Of a stretch of 64,000 nt of DNA, positions 36,851 to 48,348 are shown piece by piece; the first letter of the stretch is position 1; the number at the start of each line of letters is the position of its first letter. The DNA comes from Geosiphon pyriformis uo1 (lineage: Eukaryota; Fungi; Glomeromycota). The stretch lies in contig JAAOMT010000661.1 of assembly GCA_016748015.1 (NCBI GenBank), positions 124,001 through 188,000 of the forward strand. Direction: 5' to 3'. The position numbers and the translations under genes are program-made. The notes beneath the pieces were generated by a model that saw only the letters and a list, made by a program, of their open reading frames with translations, had not been told where the DNA came from and did no database searches.

Positions 36851-38076
36851 TGTGACCCTCACTTCAAGAGGAGATCAACTTTTGCTTTGTTACCGACAGA
36901 TTCATAAACAAAGCCGCAAATTAATTCCGAGTGGAAATGAAGTCTATTACATAGGCTTTTGTTTTATTTGTAGTAACTTTTGCCTGTTGATCGTCAAATT
37001 TTTTTGTTACACAACGCATATTTGTCCAAAGGCATGTTATTACAACTTTGAGCAATTTCATGAACATATTAATTTACAAACGGCCTTAATTTTAGAATTA
37101 TGTGGTTCTTTGTGAATAGCATATGGGCTATTAATGGAAAAAGTCTGGGATAAAGACCAACCGCCTCCGTTTAAAATAAATGAAATTTTTAGCAATGTAT
37201 TACCGATTTTTTGTAAAAAGTCTTTACCGACACTCACAGCCCAAGAGTTTACTATAGCTGAGGAGATAAGTTAATTGAAAAGCTGAAAGTTCATCCTCAA
37301 TTTATTTATACTAATCAACCCTTATATTTCTCAGAAGTGAAGAGTACTATAATAAAATCATGAAAATAATTTGAAAACCAATTTAGATTTTGTATCCTAG
37401 AAAAATATTTACAATTCACAGTTTTTGCTAAAATGAAAAAAATTTAGAACAAATGCTAATTTTATATTTCTCCACTGTTCTGTTTTATTTTATTCTTTGT
37501 ATCATAATAATGGCTTTTGCAAGAATTTTGAAATAATTTTTATTGACATCCAAATGATGAAAATAACATATATTTTTTTTCTTAAACTTTATGATATTTT
37601 TTACAAAAAAGAGTTTAATTTTTTGCTTAAAAGTTATTGAATTTATAAATTTATATTAGATTAGGCATTTTCAAGTTTCTGGCAAAGGCATTTTGAAAGA
37701 TTATATCATATTTTTAGATAAAAATTAATTTAAAGTTTTTATATCTTTAATAAAATGTAGAGTTGTTTAAGGGATTAAAAATTACACTGAATCAAATAAT
37801 AATAGATGGAAGATACAAAATAGTAAAAGCATTAGAAACAGGTTTTAACGAATATAAAACGTCTCAATTGCGCTATAAATTTGAATCAAAAATAGGTCTA
37901 ATAATTTACTATTCAAAAATATATTAAATTAATTACGTATAATGAAAATTCCTAATCCTTAAACAAAGTCTGGGTTTAACTCTTATTTTATTTTTATTCT
38001 TATTCTTAAATTTTAAAAATATGAAGCATAGAATCTTAAATGGATATTATAGAATGAGAATATAAAGTTTACTCAA

Positions 38077-38874
38077 TCATCCACTCAGATTAAAAACTGA
38101 TAATAGCATTTCCAGGTAAGATATTCTGTCTTGAAGTTCTGCAGTAGGGTCTGATAACAATTTCAGACCTTGAACTTGTAGCAGTTTATCAACAAAATTC
38201 TCCAAAAGAGCAACTCGATTTTCCAAGTTTTGAATCACTGAATTATTTTTCAAGAGAGAAACTTGATTTTCCATGTTTTGAAACCCTGAATAATTTGCCA
38301 ACAGAGCAACCAACGTTCCAGGAAACTCATAAGTTTCACTAGTAAGTGAATTTTCACGAATTGTTTCAGAGGTAATGGGAAAATTGTCGTTTTGAGGAAG
38401 ATGGTTATTCATTTCTGGATTACTCAATTGAATAGGACTTCCATTTTTTTTCGATATTTGAGATAAATAGGAAGATTGCATTGGGTGAAGAAACTCCCCG
38501 ATTTGTGAAGAATCCGTCTTGTCTGGTACTTGGAAATGGCGAATTGGAAATAATGTTTGACAAATCTCATTAAATCGAACTTGGGCCTCAAAATGAAGTT
38601 CGTTGTATTTTGTCTTAACATGAAGTTTTTCCTTTCCCCAAAGGACCGACGCATAGGATGCCAGTGCACGCATTTTTGTAGCTCCAATATTCCTTTTAGT
38701 ATATTCTTTTCGGAGGGCCATTAAGTATATCATGAATGCATTAGGAATTTTCGAAACTTTCCCAGCTTTCTCAAGTTTTTTAACTGCATTAAAAATTATA
38801 TCTTCAATTAAAACTTGAGGTGGAAAGGAAGGTCGTCGAATATAGTCGATTCTGAGAGAATTTAAATTGGACAT
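38077..38874 (-). CDS. MATA-type HMG-box protein with C-terminal coiled-coil module (265 aa)
   Basis: PSFPPQV...KIPNAFMIYLMALRK...LASYASVLWGKEKLHVKTKYNEL; tail LENRVALLE...LQDRISYLE. First ATG at 38874. Confidence 0.88.
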   Translation of the reverse strand: MSNLNSLRIDYIRRPSFPPQVLIEDIIFNAVKKLEKAGKVSKIPNAFMIYLMALRKEYTKRNIGATKMRALASYASVLWGKEKLHVKTKYNELHFEAQVRFNEICQTLFPIRHFQVPDKTDSSQIGEFLHPMQSSYLSQISKKNGSPIQLSNPEMNNHLPQNDNFPITSETIRENSLTSETYEFPGTLVALLANYSGFQNMENQVSLLKNNSVIQNLENRVALLENFVDKLLQVQGLKLLSDPTAELQDRISYLEMLLSVFNLSG

Positions 38875-40533
38875 TCTCTGACAATTTTGGAGGGTATAGA
38901 CAGAGGAGCTTTCGTTTAATAATAAATTACCCAATTTTAGAGGATTAAAACTGGACCCTGGTAAAAAAAACTTTCCAGCAAAATGTCTCTATTTATAAGA
39001 TACAGGCTTAAAGTCCAAGAGTTTATCGGAAGAATTTTACCTGGTTTTAAAGACCAAATTAGGTCTCATAAGGTATTTTGTCGCGTTCAATTATTTCTCT
39101 CGGAAATCGAAACTTTATTTTCACGTACTATATGACGTGAGATTTATTAAAATTGGAATTTCTAAGAATCTGAAAACTCTTTCTAATTTCAATTGTTTTC
39201 GTCACAAGAGCCTATAATTAAAATTTTATACATAAACTTTTAGGAAACCATTTTAAAATTTTCAAAAGAAATCCGTAGCTCTAAATGAAGTTTCTAAAAA
39301 GCTTTTCCCTTGTTATAGGTAGGATAATTGATAAAATTGAAAATATCTATGCAGACAATGGGAAAATTATGTCACAAAAGGCGATCGCAATGAAAAGATT
39401 TCATTGTTCGGGTGTGGCTGTGCGTTGTAGACAAGATTGAATTTACCAAAAAAGAGTTGGTGATTGATTTGATCCCACATGTTCAAATACGATTTTATTG
39501 TATTTATCAGTGATAAAGTTAGAAAAAAAAAATATCAATTTTTTTTTATTTGAATCCAGTTATAGAATTAAAAGTTCTAAAATTATCAAAGTATTTTTAA
39601 ACTGTCAACATTTAAAAAGAAGTCAGCTTTTTCTTTAATTTAAGGGCAAATTAAGGTAGCGGATATGATTAATTTGGCAATCCCAGAGAATCTCTCAAAT
39701 AGGATACATTTTTACACTATAAGTAAAAATATTTTCTGTGCGTTCTTTATTTTTTTTTTAATCTAAAATTTTTAGTATGACATATTTATTGATCATAATG
39801 ATCATGATGAAGAAAAATCTAAAAAAGAAATAAGAAAATAAAAGTTTCAGAGGAAGCCTTAGCCTAAAAAAGGAATTCATGAATGGAAAATACTACGAAA
39901 ATTTTAAGCATGATTTTTTATCAAGTACAATCGTGAAGCTGAAACTCAATCTCGTTGAAATTATAAAGTTAGTAAGGTAAGATAAAATGTATTGTCCATA
40001 AATGTGCTCCAAAGTAAAAAGATCAGCAGATGACATTTATTATTTTCAACAAAGGTGCTTAGGTAATTAATTTTTTATTTTTGGTCACACATTTTTATAA
40101 AAACCATTTTTCGATTTTCTTCAAAAATATTTATTTAAAATGAAAGATTAAATATGCTCAGAATAAAATTTTAATTTCAAAGAAATTTATTTTTTATTTT
40201 AATACGAATTATTATCTAAAAAATCTATAAAAAATAATCATTTGTATACAAAAAAAAAACTTGAACATTTATTTCCAAAACCATTGAAGAATGTTTATAA
40301 AATTTTTTATTCGTGTTTTGAATCTCTGAGAGAAAAACGATTACTACGTTCCTAAATTTAGCTATGTTCAAAAAAAGTAATAAATTCATTTGTTGTCTAT
40401 TATATTGTTTGAAATATATAAATTTGGGTTTGTGAAAAAAAAAATTTTATTTGTAATTGATTAGTAAAAATTTATCAGATTGTAAATTTTTTTTTAATAA
40501 AAACAGGAAACCGTTTTTCGTAAAATTAAACGA

Positions 40534-40619
40534 TTTTCATCTATTAAAATAGAAATAATAGTAAATTTAATATTTTTTCATCCATTAAAATAGAAATATT
40601 AGTAAATTTAATATTTTTT
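40534..40619. repeat. 41-bp direct repeat x2
   Basis: CATCYATTAAAATAGAAATAWTAGTAAATTTAATATTTTTT at 40538 and 40579. Confidence 0.75.
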
Positions 40620-42851
40620 TCAAACCCATTTTAATCTTGTACACTACTTAAAATGAATTACTTTTTTCTAAAAAAAAAAAAAAGATTAAGACGAGCATTA
40701 CTTAAATCAATCCTTAATTAAAAATTTATAAAATAGTTTTTTACTTTGCTAGCATTCTATTTTATTCCCAAAAAAAAAAGAAACTATCTTATGATTCAAG
40801 AGTTCTTTTTAGAAGACAGGCTTTCATAAGAAAGATCATCTTTAAGCTAACAATTAAGTAAAATTCTCATTATATATTTTTGTATGTTGAACTTTTCATT
40901 ATGCAGTGAGCTATAAATAAGTTTATTAAGTCTGGTGTCACAATTTGGTAGCCAATAGAATCTAACTAATTCTCTACAATTAACCCTTTTTTTCGGATAA
41001 ATTTTCTGAGACTATATTCATCGGAAAGTATAATTTTAAAAATTAAACTACCACTTTAGTGAAACATACTACACTTCTATTCATTTTAAAGATTAGATTT
41101 TATCAAATCTCATGATAGGCTAAAAATAGCTTCAAAGGTTTTTATGGTCTTAAAAGTAACAATCCATAAAGGATTAATCCGATATTCTAATTTCGAAGGT
41201 GTTTTTCAATTTATTTAAAAAAGTAAAATAAAGGTTTATTTACCTCATAAAATCTCTTATTATCGATCAATTTTATTGTGAAAAGGTAAAAACCTTATAT
41301 TAATATCATACTTTTGTGCTCATAACAATATATTAATCTGACATTTGAAATAAAAAGCAAATTACAGTACCCACATTAGTTTTGTGTTGAAGAAAAAGCT
41401 AATCAGAGTGATTATAGAAAAATTGAAATTGCTTTTTGGGAAATTCCTTTAGTCTTAAGTAAACCTTTTTTTAATATAAAGTTTAATCACTTTCGTAACT
41501 CATGAACCGAAAATCCGGAAAATCTTTTCCCAAGGAATACATATATGCTATAATACAATGTATGAGAGCAATACTCTTTGTTTTCAATCTATCCCCAAAT
41601 ATTGGGTATTTATTAAAACTTTTATTTAATAAATTGAACCAAACAGAATCGTTCAATTTTTACTTCAAGATGAATATTTCTCTAAAATTTCCGAATATAT
41701 TCTAAAGAATTAATATTTTGAATTTCACTTGTTAAACTTTTATGAAAATTCAATCATCTCCTCGTTTGACAGTAAGGTTTATTAAAGTAAGCCATTAGAA
41801 ACTGAATAGTTTTACACAAAAGATACTCTGTTTTTTAAAAAAACTAAAAAAACTAGAAAATAACTGATTGATTTTTTAACTTCTTTAAATGAAATATTAG
41901 AAATACAACAAATAAAATTTATTATTATAAACTAAAACCTCAACTTCACTTTTTTAAATTGAAACCAAATAAATGTTCGGGTATTCTAATGACAATATGG
42001 AGTCTGGCGCAAGAAATGAACAAATGTACGTATTTTAAACCTCTAACCATTAATTTTTTTGAAGAAATCTTTTAATAAGAAAATCTTTCCTAAAAAGTAT
42101 ATTTGAATGGTCATTTATCATGCACGGACAAGTGATTTTAGACTAGTAGTGAATATGCTTAACCGTATATATCGGTCATTAGTTCCGACTCTTTCCAATA
42201 ATATTTGAACTTTTTTTGTTAATAGAAAGTTGGGAAATTTGAAACGTTCAAATTATGCTCTTTTTTCCTTTATTAATGGTGTTGGATGATTCTGGATATA
42301 AAATTAAAAAATTAAATTTTTCGTACCTTATTATCCTTAATAAATTCAATATTTTTATTTCTTTAATAATGTTTTTTAACAATTTTCTTTAATTTTGTGA
42401 AATCTGACTCATGTTTCGGAAATTAATCCGGCTTTCCAAGAAAGATTTATCCTCGTTATTTTCTAAATAAAAGTTAACTAAATATTATGAAGCTATTATT
42501 CAAAAAGATTAAAAAAATTTTTAAGTTTCAAGTTTTAGGCTTTAACGCGCGACAAAAAGGAGGAATTATCGTAAAAAAGCAAAGATTGAATTTAATTTTT
42601 TTTATGCCCTTTTTTAGAAAAATTATAAAATAGTTTTTTATAATGACAAATTTAAATGTAAAAATAATAAAATTCCCCTCATAGATCAATTTTTTTTTCT
42701 ACATTTTTTTCCAAATTTATATCTTTATTTAAATAAATTTATTATTATTACTAAATCTTAGATGATCTTATCATAGAATCTTGAGCTAAACTATTTTTGG
42801 AACAGGTATTATAATCAAAAAAACATATATTCTAGCTGTAAGAAATTTGAT

Positions 42852-43649
42852 CTAATTTTCATCTTGTAAAAGAATTAATAAGATATTCTCTAGGAATGAA
42901 ACTCTTTCTTCAAGATTTCCCGGTGGTGGAAACTTAATGAACCTCCTTTTTACAGCAAACAAAGATTCGATTGCGTTCTCGAGAATTATAATCCGATATT
43001 TCAATTGATATTCGTCATATTGTTTGGATATACTTTTTTCAGAAAGTATAGGAAAATTCTGAGAAATAATTTGAATTCGGCTTAGTTCAGGTGGAGAAGG
43101 AGATATCACTTTATGAGTTGTTGGATTTAAATGATTTTCAAATGAAAAAAAATTAGGATCATCGTGACTTTCAAAACCCATAGGTGATGAAGATCCCATA
43201 TTAAGTGAATCTTGCCAAATAATATTTGCTTTTCCATAAGGAAAAATCTCTTCAGTTGCTATACAATTATTGGAATTTTCATAATAAGAAGGAATAATTG
43301 GAGGTGTAGTAGCTTTTGATATTTCATCAAGTCTTTGTTGAGCCTTCATTGTTAGTTGATAATACACATCTTTAACATGGGTAGGTTCCTTCGTCCAAAG
43401 GTATCCGGCGACACAGGATAAATGGCGCATTGCAGGACGTTGATTTTTTTTAATGAATTCTTTTCTTACTTCTTTTCTATAAATTATAAAAGCGTTTGGG
43501 ATTCTTCCGAACTTTCCAGTTTTTTGAAAATTGATCAAAGCACTCGATATGAATTCGTCGATTGTCAAGTTGGTTGGAAACTTTGGAGAAAAGGTTTCAA
43601 AATTTTTATCCATATCTAAAGCTACTTTATTTGATTTAGAATCTGTCAT
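42852..43649 (-). CDS. MATA-type HMG-box protein with C-terminal coiled-coil module (265 aa)
   Basis: PKFPTNLT...RIPNAFIIYRKEVRK...LSCVAGYLWTKEPTHVKDVYYQL; tail LKYRIIILE...LEERVSFLE. First ATG at 43649. Confidence 0.9.
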   Translation of the reverse strand: MTDSKSNKVALDMDKNFETFSPKFPTNLTIDEFISSALINFQKTGKFGRIPNAFIIYRKEVRKEFIKKNQRPAMRHLSCVAGYLWTKEPTHVKDVYYQLTMKAQQRLDEISKATTPPIIPSYYENSNNCIATEEIFPYGKANIIWQDSLNMGSSSPMGFESHDDPNFFSFENHLNPTTHKVISPSPPELSRIQIISQNFPILSEKSISKQYDEYQLKYRIIILENAIESLFAVKRRFIKFPPPGNLEERVSFLENILLILLQDEN

Positions 43650-44379
43650 CGTCACTGAATGTTTTTTTTTTGTTTTCTGGATAAGGGTGTTCAAAAATTT
43701 CTTGACACTAATATGGTGTATTAAGACCTTTAATATTAATATTTGAATTAAAATTTTTCATAAAGAATTGAAGTAGTGTCATTTCTCAATCTCTCTCAAG
43801 CAAAGAGTTTTCTATGAACTTTTAAACATGTTTTACCTTTGGACACTTGATTGTTTATATATATTTTTTTTATGAGTGGGCTGTGGTGATTATTAGATCT
43901 TACAATAAAATTTATTTTAATTTTAAAATATAATTCACTCAACTTCTAATTCACATTTTATACGGAAACCTCGGATTTCATTGTCATTCCAAAATTGGAA
44001 ATTTTAAATAGTCCCCACGTTCTGTCGTTGGTTTGGGGGGGGGGGAGGGAAAGGGGGAGAGAAAGGAGGAGGGTAAATATACTAAGAATTTTCGAATACA
44101 CAATCAAAATAAATTTGATCTAAACTTCTTTCAATTAAGGAAGGTTTTTTGGCACAATAATAAAATGAAGTTTATGCTGTCTTAATAGCCATAAATTGCT
44201 TACGCTCGTTAAAATTTTTAGAGGCTTAACAATATTGAAAATTTGTAGTCAAAATAAGTAAAATAAGGTTCATTGGATTGACAGTATTCAAAATTGAAAA
44301 TCAAAAACTTTAACATTAAAATATCCTTATTTAATTATTTTGTCGTTCAATACAAAAATTCAGATAGAAGCCGTGACTC

Positions 44380-44430
44380 TTATTATTATTATTATTATTA
44401 TTATTATTGTTGTTGTTGTTGTTGTTGTTA
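44380..44430. repeat. Compound (TTA)n(TTG)n microsatellite
   Basis: Directly visible in the sequence. Confidence 0.95.
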
Positions 44431-45559
44431 TGATCCAACTACAGCCTAAGGATATGTAATAAAAAATATATATTACATATTAGGATCTTTTTACCAATTT
44501 CTTTAGAATCGATTTCTATTTTTATCTATGCTCTAGAGGTTTTTTAAAGTAATCATACTAAAATTATCTTTTATGTATCCGTGAGTTTATTGATCGCTTG
44601 AGCTACTAAGCTTACTAAAAGTGTTAAACAATTTCTGCTGTCTTGAAAGACCTCTTTCGTAGCGAACTTATTTTTTTTAGTGTTCGGATCAAAAAACTGT
44701 CTTTGGGATGGGTATAAATTGGCGGAAATTGTCAAGAGAACAAGTTAAAAGTTATTAATAAACTTTTCAATATTAGAAGACAGAAAATTTTCTGTCCAAA
44801 TTTCACTTGGGGCATATTATGAAAACTATTTTTTAAAATGCCCTATTTCGGCCTTTGAAATGTACGATCGATTGTTTTTTGTCAAACTTTATTTGGAAGG
44901 TTCATTTGTAGAAATGTAAAACTATTCCCAATTTAGCACTGAAATGCCAAGCAATTAATTACAAGTTAAAGAACCTTTTTAAGCAATGTTAATGATTTCT
45001 TTTAAATGTATTCTTAGTTATTCAACCTCAGTTTGTGGATAGATTATATTATAGTATCGAGCCCTGTGGCTGGATCAATTCCTTTCTTAGTTATTCCACC
45101 ATATTATTAAAAAATAGTTTTTTTGAATATTTATAGCCATCTTTTTCTAGTTGCAAATAAATGACCCAACTAGCTTGTTTACCTTCTTTCGATTATTAAT
45201 AATATGGTTATTTTTGAATTTATAACAAATTCAAAATTTTTTATATAGTAAAATAAAAATTATGTTACATATTTCTAGCATACAAGAAAATGCTTCTTTA
45301 AAATGGGGAATTTTTTATTTAAAAATTTCCTTCTTTATAATTTGTTTAACAGATGATGATTGTTAAAAAACTATGACATCAAGTTATCATGCATGCGTGC
45401 ACGATTTTGTTGCATAATAATAATAATAATGATGTCACCTTCCATAAATGAGAAAATTAACGTTCCAGATTGTCCAGTTAAATACACTAAAACTACGCAA
45501 GTCACTTTGTGCCATGCAGCAAAAAAAAAGTTATTTCTTTTGGAAAATCAAGCAATTTA

Positions 45560-46010
45560 AGCGAGTATATTATTTATGACGTGTGTTATCTTTTCAGATG
45601 AAACGAGCATAAAAATCGAAAAAAATTATAACAATGAAGGTATGGCATCATATAGAAGAAAAATTATTAATGTAAAATGTTTAACTCCAACTTTCAAGAG
45701 TGGTCGGAGCTCGATAATGGTTTGAAGATGTTTTATAAAAGAGATGAAGAATTTGTTAGTATTTTTTAACAAATACAAAGAAGAAAAAAAATAAAACTAT
45801 GGATTGGCCAGCATCTCTCGCGACTTTAATCCTATAGAAGCTAATGAAGGTAATATTCAGAAACGCAAAAATTTTCCAAAGACTTAAGGCTGCTCTAAGA
45901 GAGGAATGGGTCTACTTTTACTTCAATTCTTCAAAAAGTTATAGACTCAATACCGCGAAGAATTAAAAAATTCTTGGATATGAATGGAAAGCCGACAAAA
46001 TATTAAAATA
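45560..46010 (+). mobile_element. Degenerate Tc1-like transposase remnant
   Basis: Fragments VIFSDET, CLTPTFKSGRSSIMV*, MDWPA..NPIE, LREEW and MNGKPTKY*. Confidence 0.8.
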
Positions 46011-46089
46011 TTCTAAAAAAATAATATAATCATGTATATATTTAAATTTTTATTTAATAAAAAGTTCGGGTGTTACTTTCTGAATTTAC

Positions 46090-46390
46090 AACCAATAGTA
46101 AAATTTTCTGGCGATGGCATTGTGGGTATAAAAAAAGCAGTTACCAGATGATTTCATCGAAAAACCTTAAACGGTTTGATTTGGGTACACAAGGCATCAT
46201 TTCCTAACATTGAGGATCCCCAGACCTAAATCCGATTAAACACTTGTGAGATGAGGTCGATTGACGTTTTCGTCATCTACCTGGGCAAGCTCATAGCAAA
46301 ACAAAGAGTTGTGGGAAAAATTCAAAACGTTTAGAAAAATATTGAATCCATGCCCAATACAGAAGGTGATAACGTAATAGGAGCATAACA
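46090..46390 (+). mobile_element. Second short Tc1-like transposase fragment
   Basis: PDLNPIKHL*DEVD*R at about 46219-46268; the flanks are decayed. Confidence 0.6.
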
Positions 46391-47619
46391 CAATTATCGT
46401 GAGCAAGTCGAATAAATGCCATATTCGTTACTATTAACGATTTGATATAGAACCGACGAAAGATCTAATATATTTTTCAAACTATTCTTGACAAAGCCTG
46501 TTGTTATTTGTACATTGCGCTGGAGAAATTTAAAATAAAATATCACAGAGTTGTCAGCAATAGATAAAAAGATTTGTCACGTAAATATCTGGGTCTTTAC
46601 AAACCAAAATGAATCTATCACTTGTTTACTATTAATTAAAAAAGAAACCTTTTATGCCTGTTTATTAAGGATAAGTCTTTAAAAAATACCAGTATTAAAA
46701 AAAGCTTTCCTTTTTAGGCGCATTAATGTAATTTGAAATTATTGAAGCATTTCCACGAGACGAATTTCCAAATCTTTATGTACTCCTTCTTGTACCTAAG
46801 AATCTTCAATGTCGTTCTTGGTCATTTAATATGTTACGATCAAAAATTAAATTTCTTACAAAATTGGCATCATCGCCAGATGATAAATATGACTTTGAAA
46901 ATTGTGTAATTAAAAGTATGTCCGATTTTTATGATTTTTGAATTCATAAATTAACCTGTAAAGAGTGAAAAGTAGGTAATTAAATATTGAATCTAAGCTA
47001 AAAACCAAAAAAAAAAATTATTTATTCTAATTTCAAGCAGAATATTTTTGATAAATATGGGAGGAAATATTATAATGTCTGAAAGGAAACATATGAGTAG
47101 TCTTAGTAAGAAAAGCCAAAAAATAATAACTACCATTCTGTACATTGGCTCATCGACCTTAAACGCTCCTATTAAAGATACTGCTATGACAGAGAAACCA
47201 ATAGGAAAACTTTAAACATATCTATACAATCTCCCCTTTAGAAGCTGGTAATCTCGAGTTCATCCGAAATTAAAAAATAATTTCCAAGTCTTATTTTTAT
47301 AAGGCCTAGCTATTGAATTAGAACCTTATAGTAATTGCAATTTTTAAAAATAACTTTCTAATAGAAAAAATTCATTTAATTGATAAAAAACTCAATAAAT
47401 ATTTTGAGTTTAACATTGAACAGTTTATCATATTCTCGTAAAAATGATTGATCTAAAAAAAGCATCATATCTCAACTGGTGTTTGGCATGATGAATAGAT
47501 ATCAATAAAAAGCTAATTAATGTGATATTCAAGCATCCAAAATAATATATATGTTAGTGGGATTAAAAAAAATAGATTTTACATATATGTTTGACAGCTT
47601 GAAAATATTTTTTACCATC

Positions 47620-48348
47620 ATGCTTTATGAAATTTTTCGATTTAACTTGATATTCCTCCTTTTTTCTTATGCTTATGCCCAAATAGAAGATCCAAAAACC
47701 GCTTACATGCCTCAAAATCTTGGACCAACAAAACTCAAAGATAAAAATCCTTTATTCAATGTTAATACGCAATGGGAAATTAATGATCGTCATTGTATGG
47801 ATGTTTTGACACCACCCCCAAATTCCGTTCTCGTTCCATATTACGATGTTTGGATTCGTTGGAACAAAACTGAAGAATGTAATCCTATTATACCGTTAAC
47901 AAATTTCGACATCACTCTTTATAACGATCTTAAAAGTTCAGGGAATCTACAAAATCCTAGGGTCAAGTCGGCTTGGGATAAACCGATAGCCCGAGGAGTT
48001 CAAGAGTTTCAATATAAATGGAAGGTACCTTTGATCCCTGATGATGAGGTCAAGAATATTAGCTTGTATTACATTCGTGTTTCTACTCAAACGAACATCA
48101 ATAGTGGAATGTATACGGTTTTTGGAGTTACTGGACCTTTGACAATTTGGACAACTCCTGATAAAGAAAACAAAACTCTTTTCAGCCCTCCAGAAATTAA
48201 AGATATTAGAACAAATAAGACTGAGAAAATAGGAAAGTTTGCAAGTGAATGTAATAACTTTATTTCAGAATTACGCCTTGGAATTCTGTTCAATTTAGTA
48301 ATATCTTGGTCTTTAATCGCTGCTAGTGTAGCATTTTTTTTCTTGTAG
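47620..48348 (+). CDS. Secreted, probably GPI-anchored protein with a Kre9/Knh1-like (Ig-like) domain (242 aa)
   Basis: Signal peptide MLYEIFRFNLIFLLFSYAYA|Q from the ATG at 47620; pattern TPPPNS..V.I.W..FDITLYN..Y.WKVP..YYIRV; hydrophobic C-terminus with no cytoplasmic tail. Confidence 0.72.
   Translation: MLYEIFRFNLIFLLFSYAYAQIEDPKTAYMPQNLGPTKLKDKNPLFNVNTQWEINDRHCMDVLTPPPNSVLVPYYDVWIRWNKTEECNPIIPLTNFDITLYNDLKSSGNLQNPRVKSAWDKPIARGVQEFQYKWKVPLIPDDEVKNISLYYIRVSTQTNINSGMYTVFGVTGPLTIWTTPDKENKTLFSPPEIKDIRTNKTEKIGKFASECNNFISELRLGILFNLVISWSLIAASVAFFFL

Noticed and set aside
36850-37300. Possible F-box pseudogene
   Set aside because: Only a faint resemblance, and the adjacent coding-like DNA proved to be Tc1-derived.
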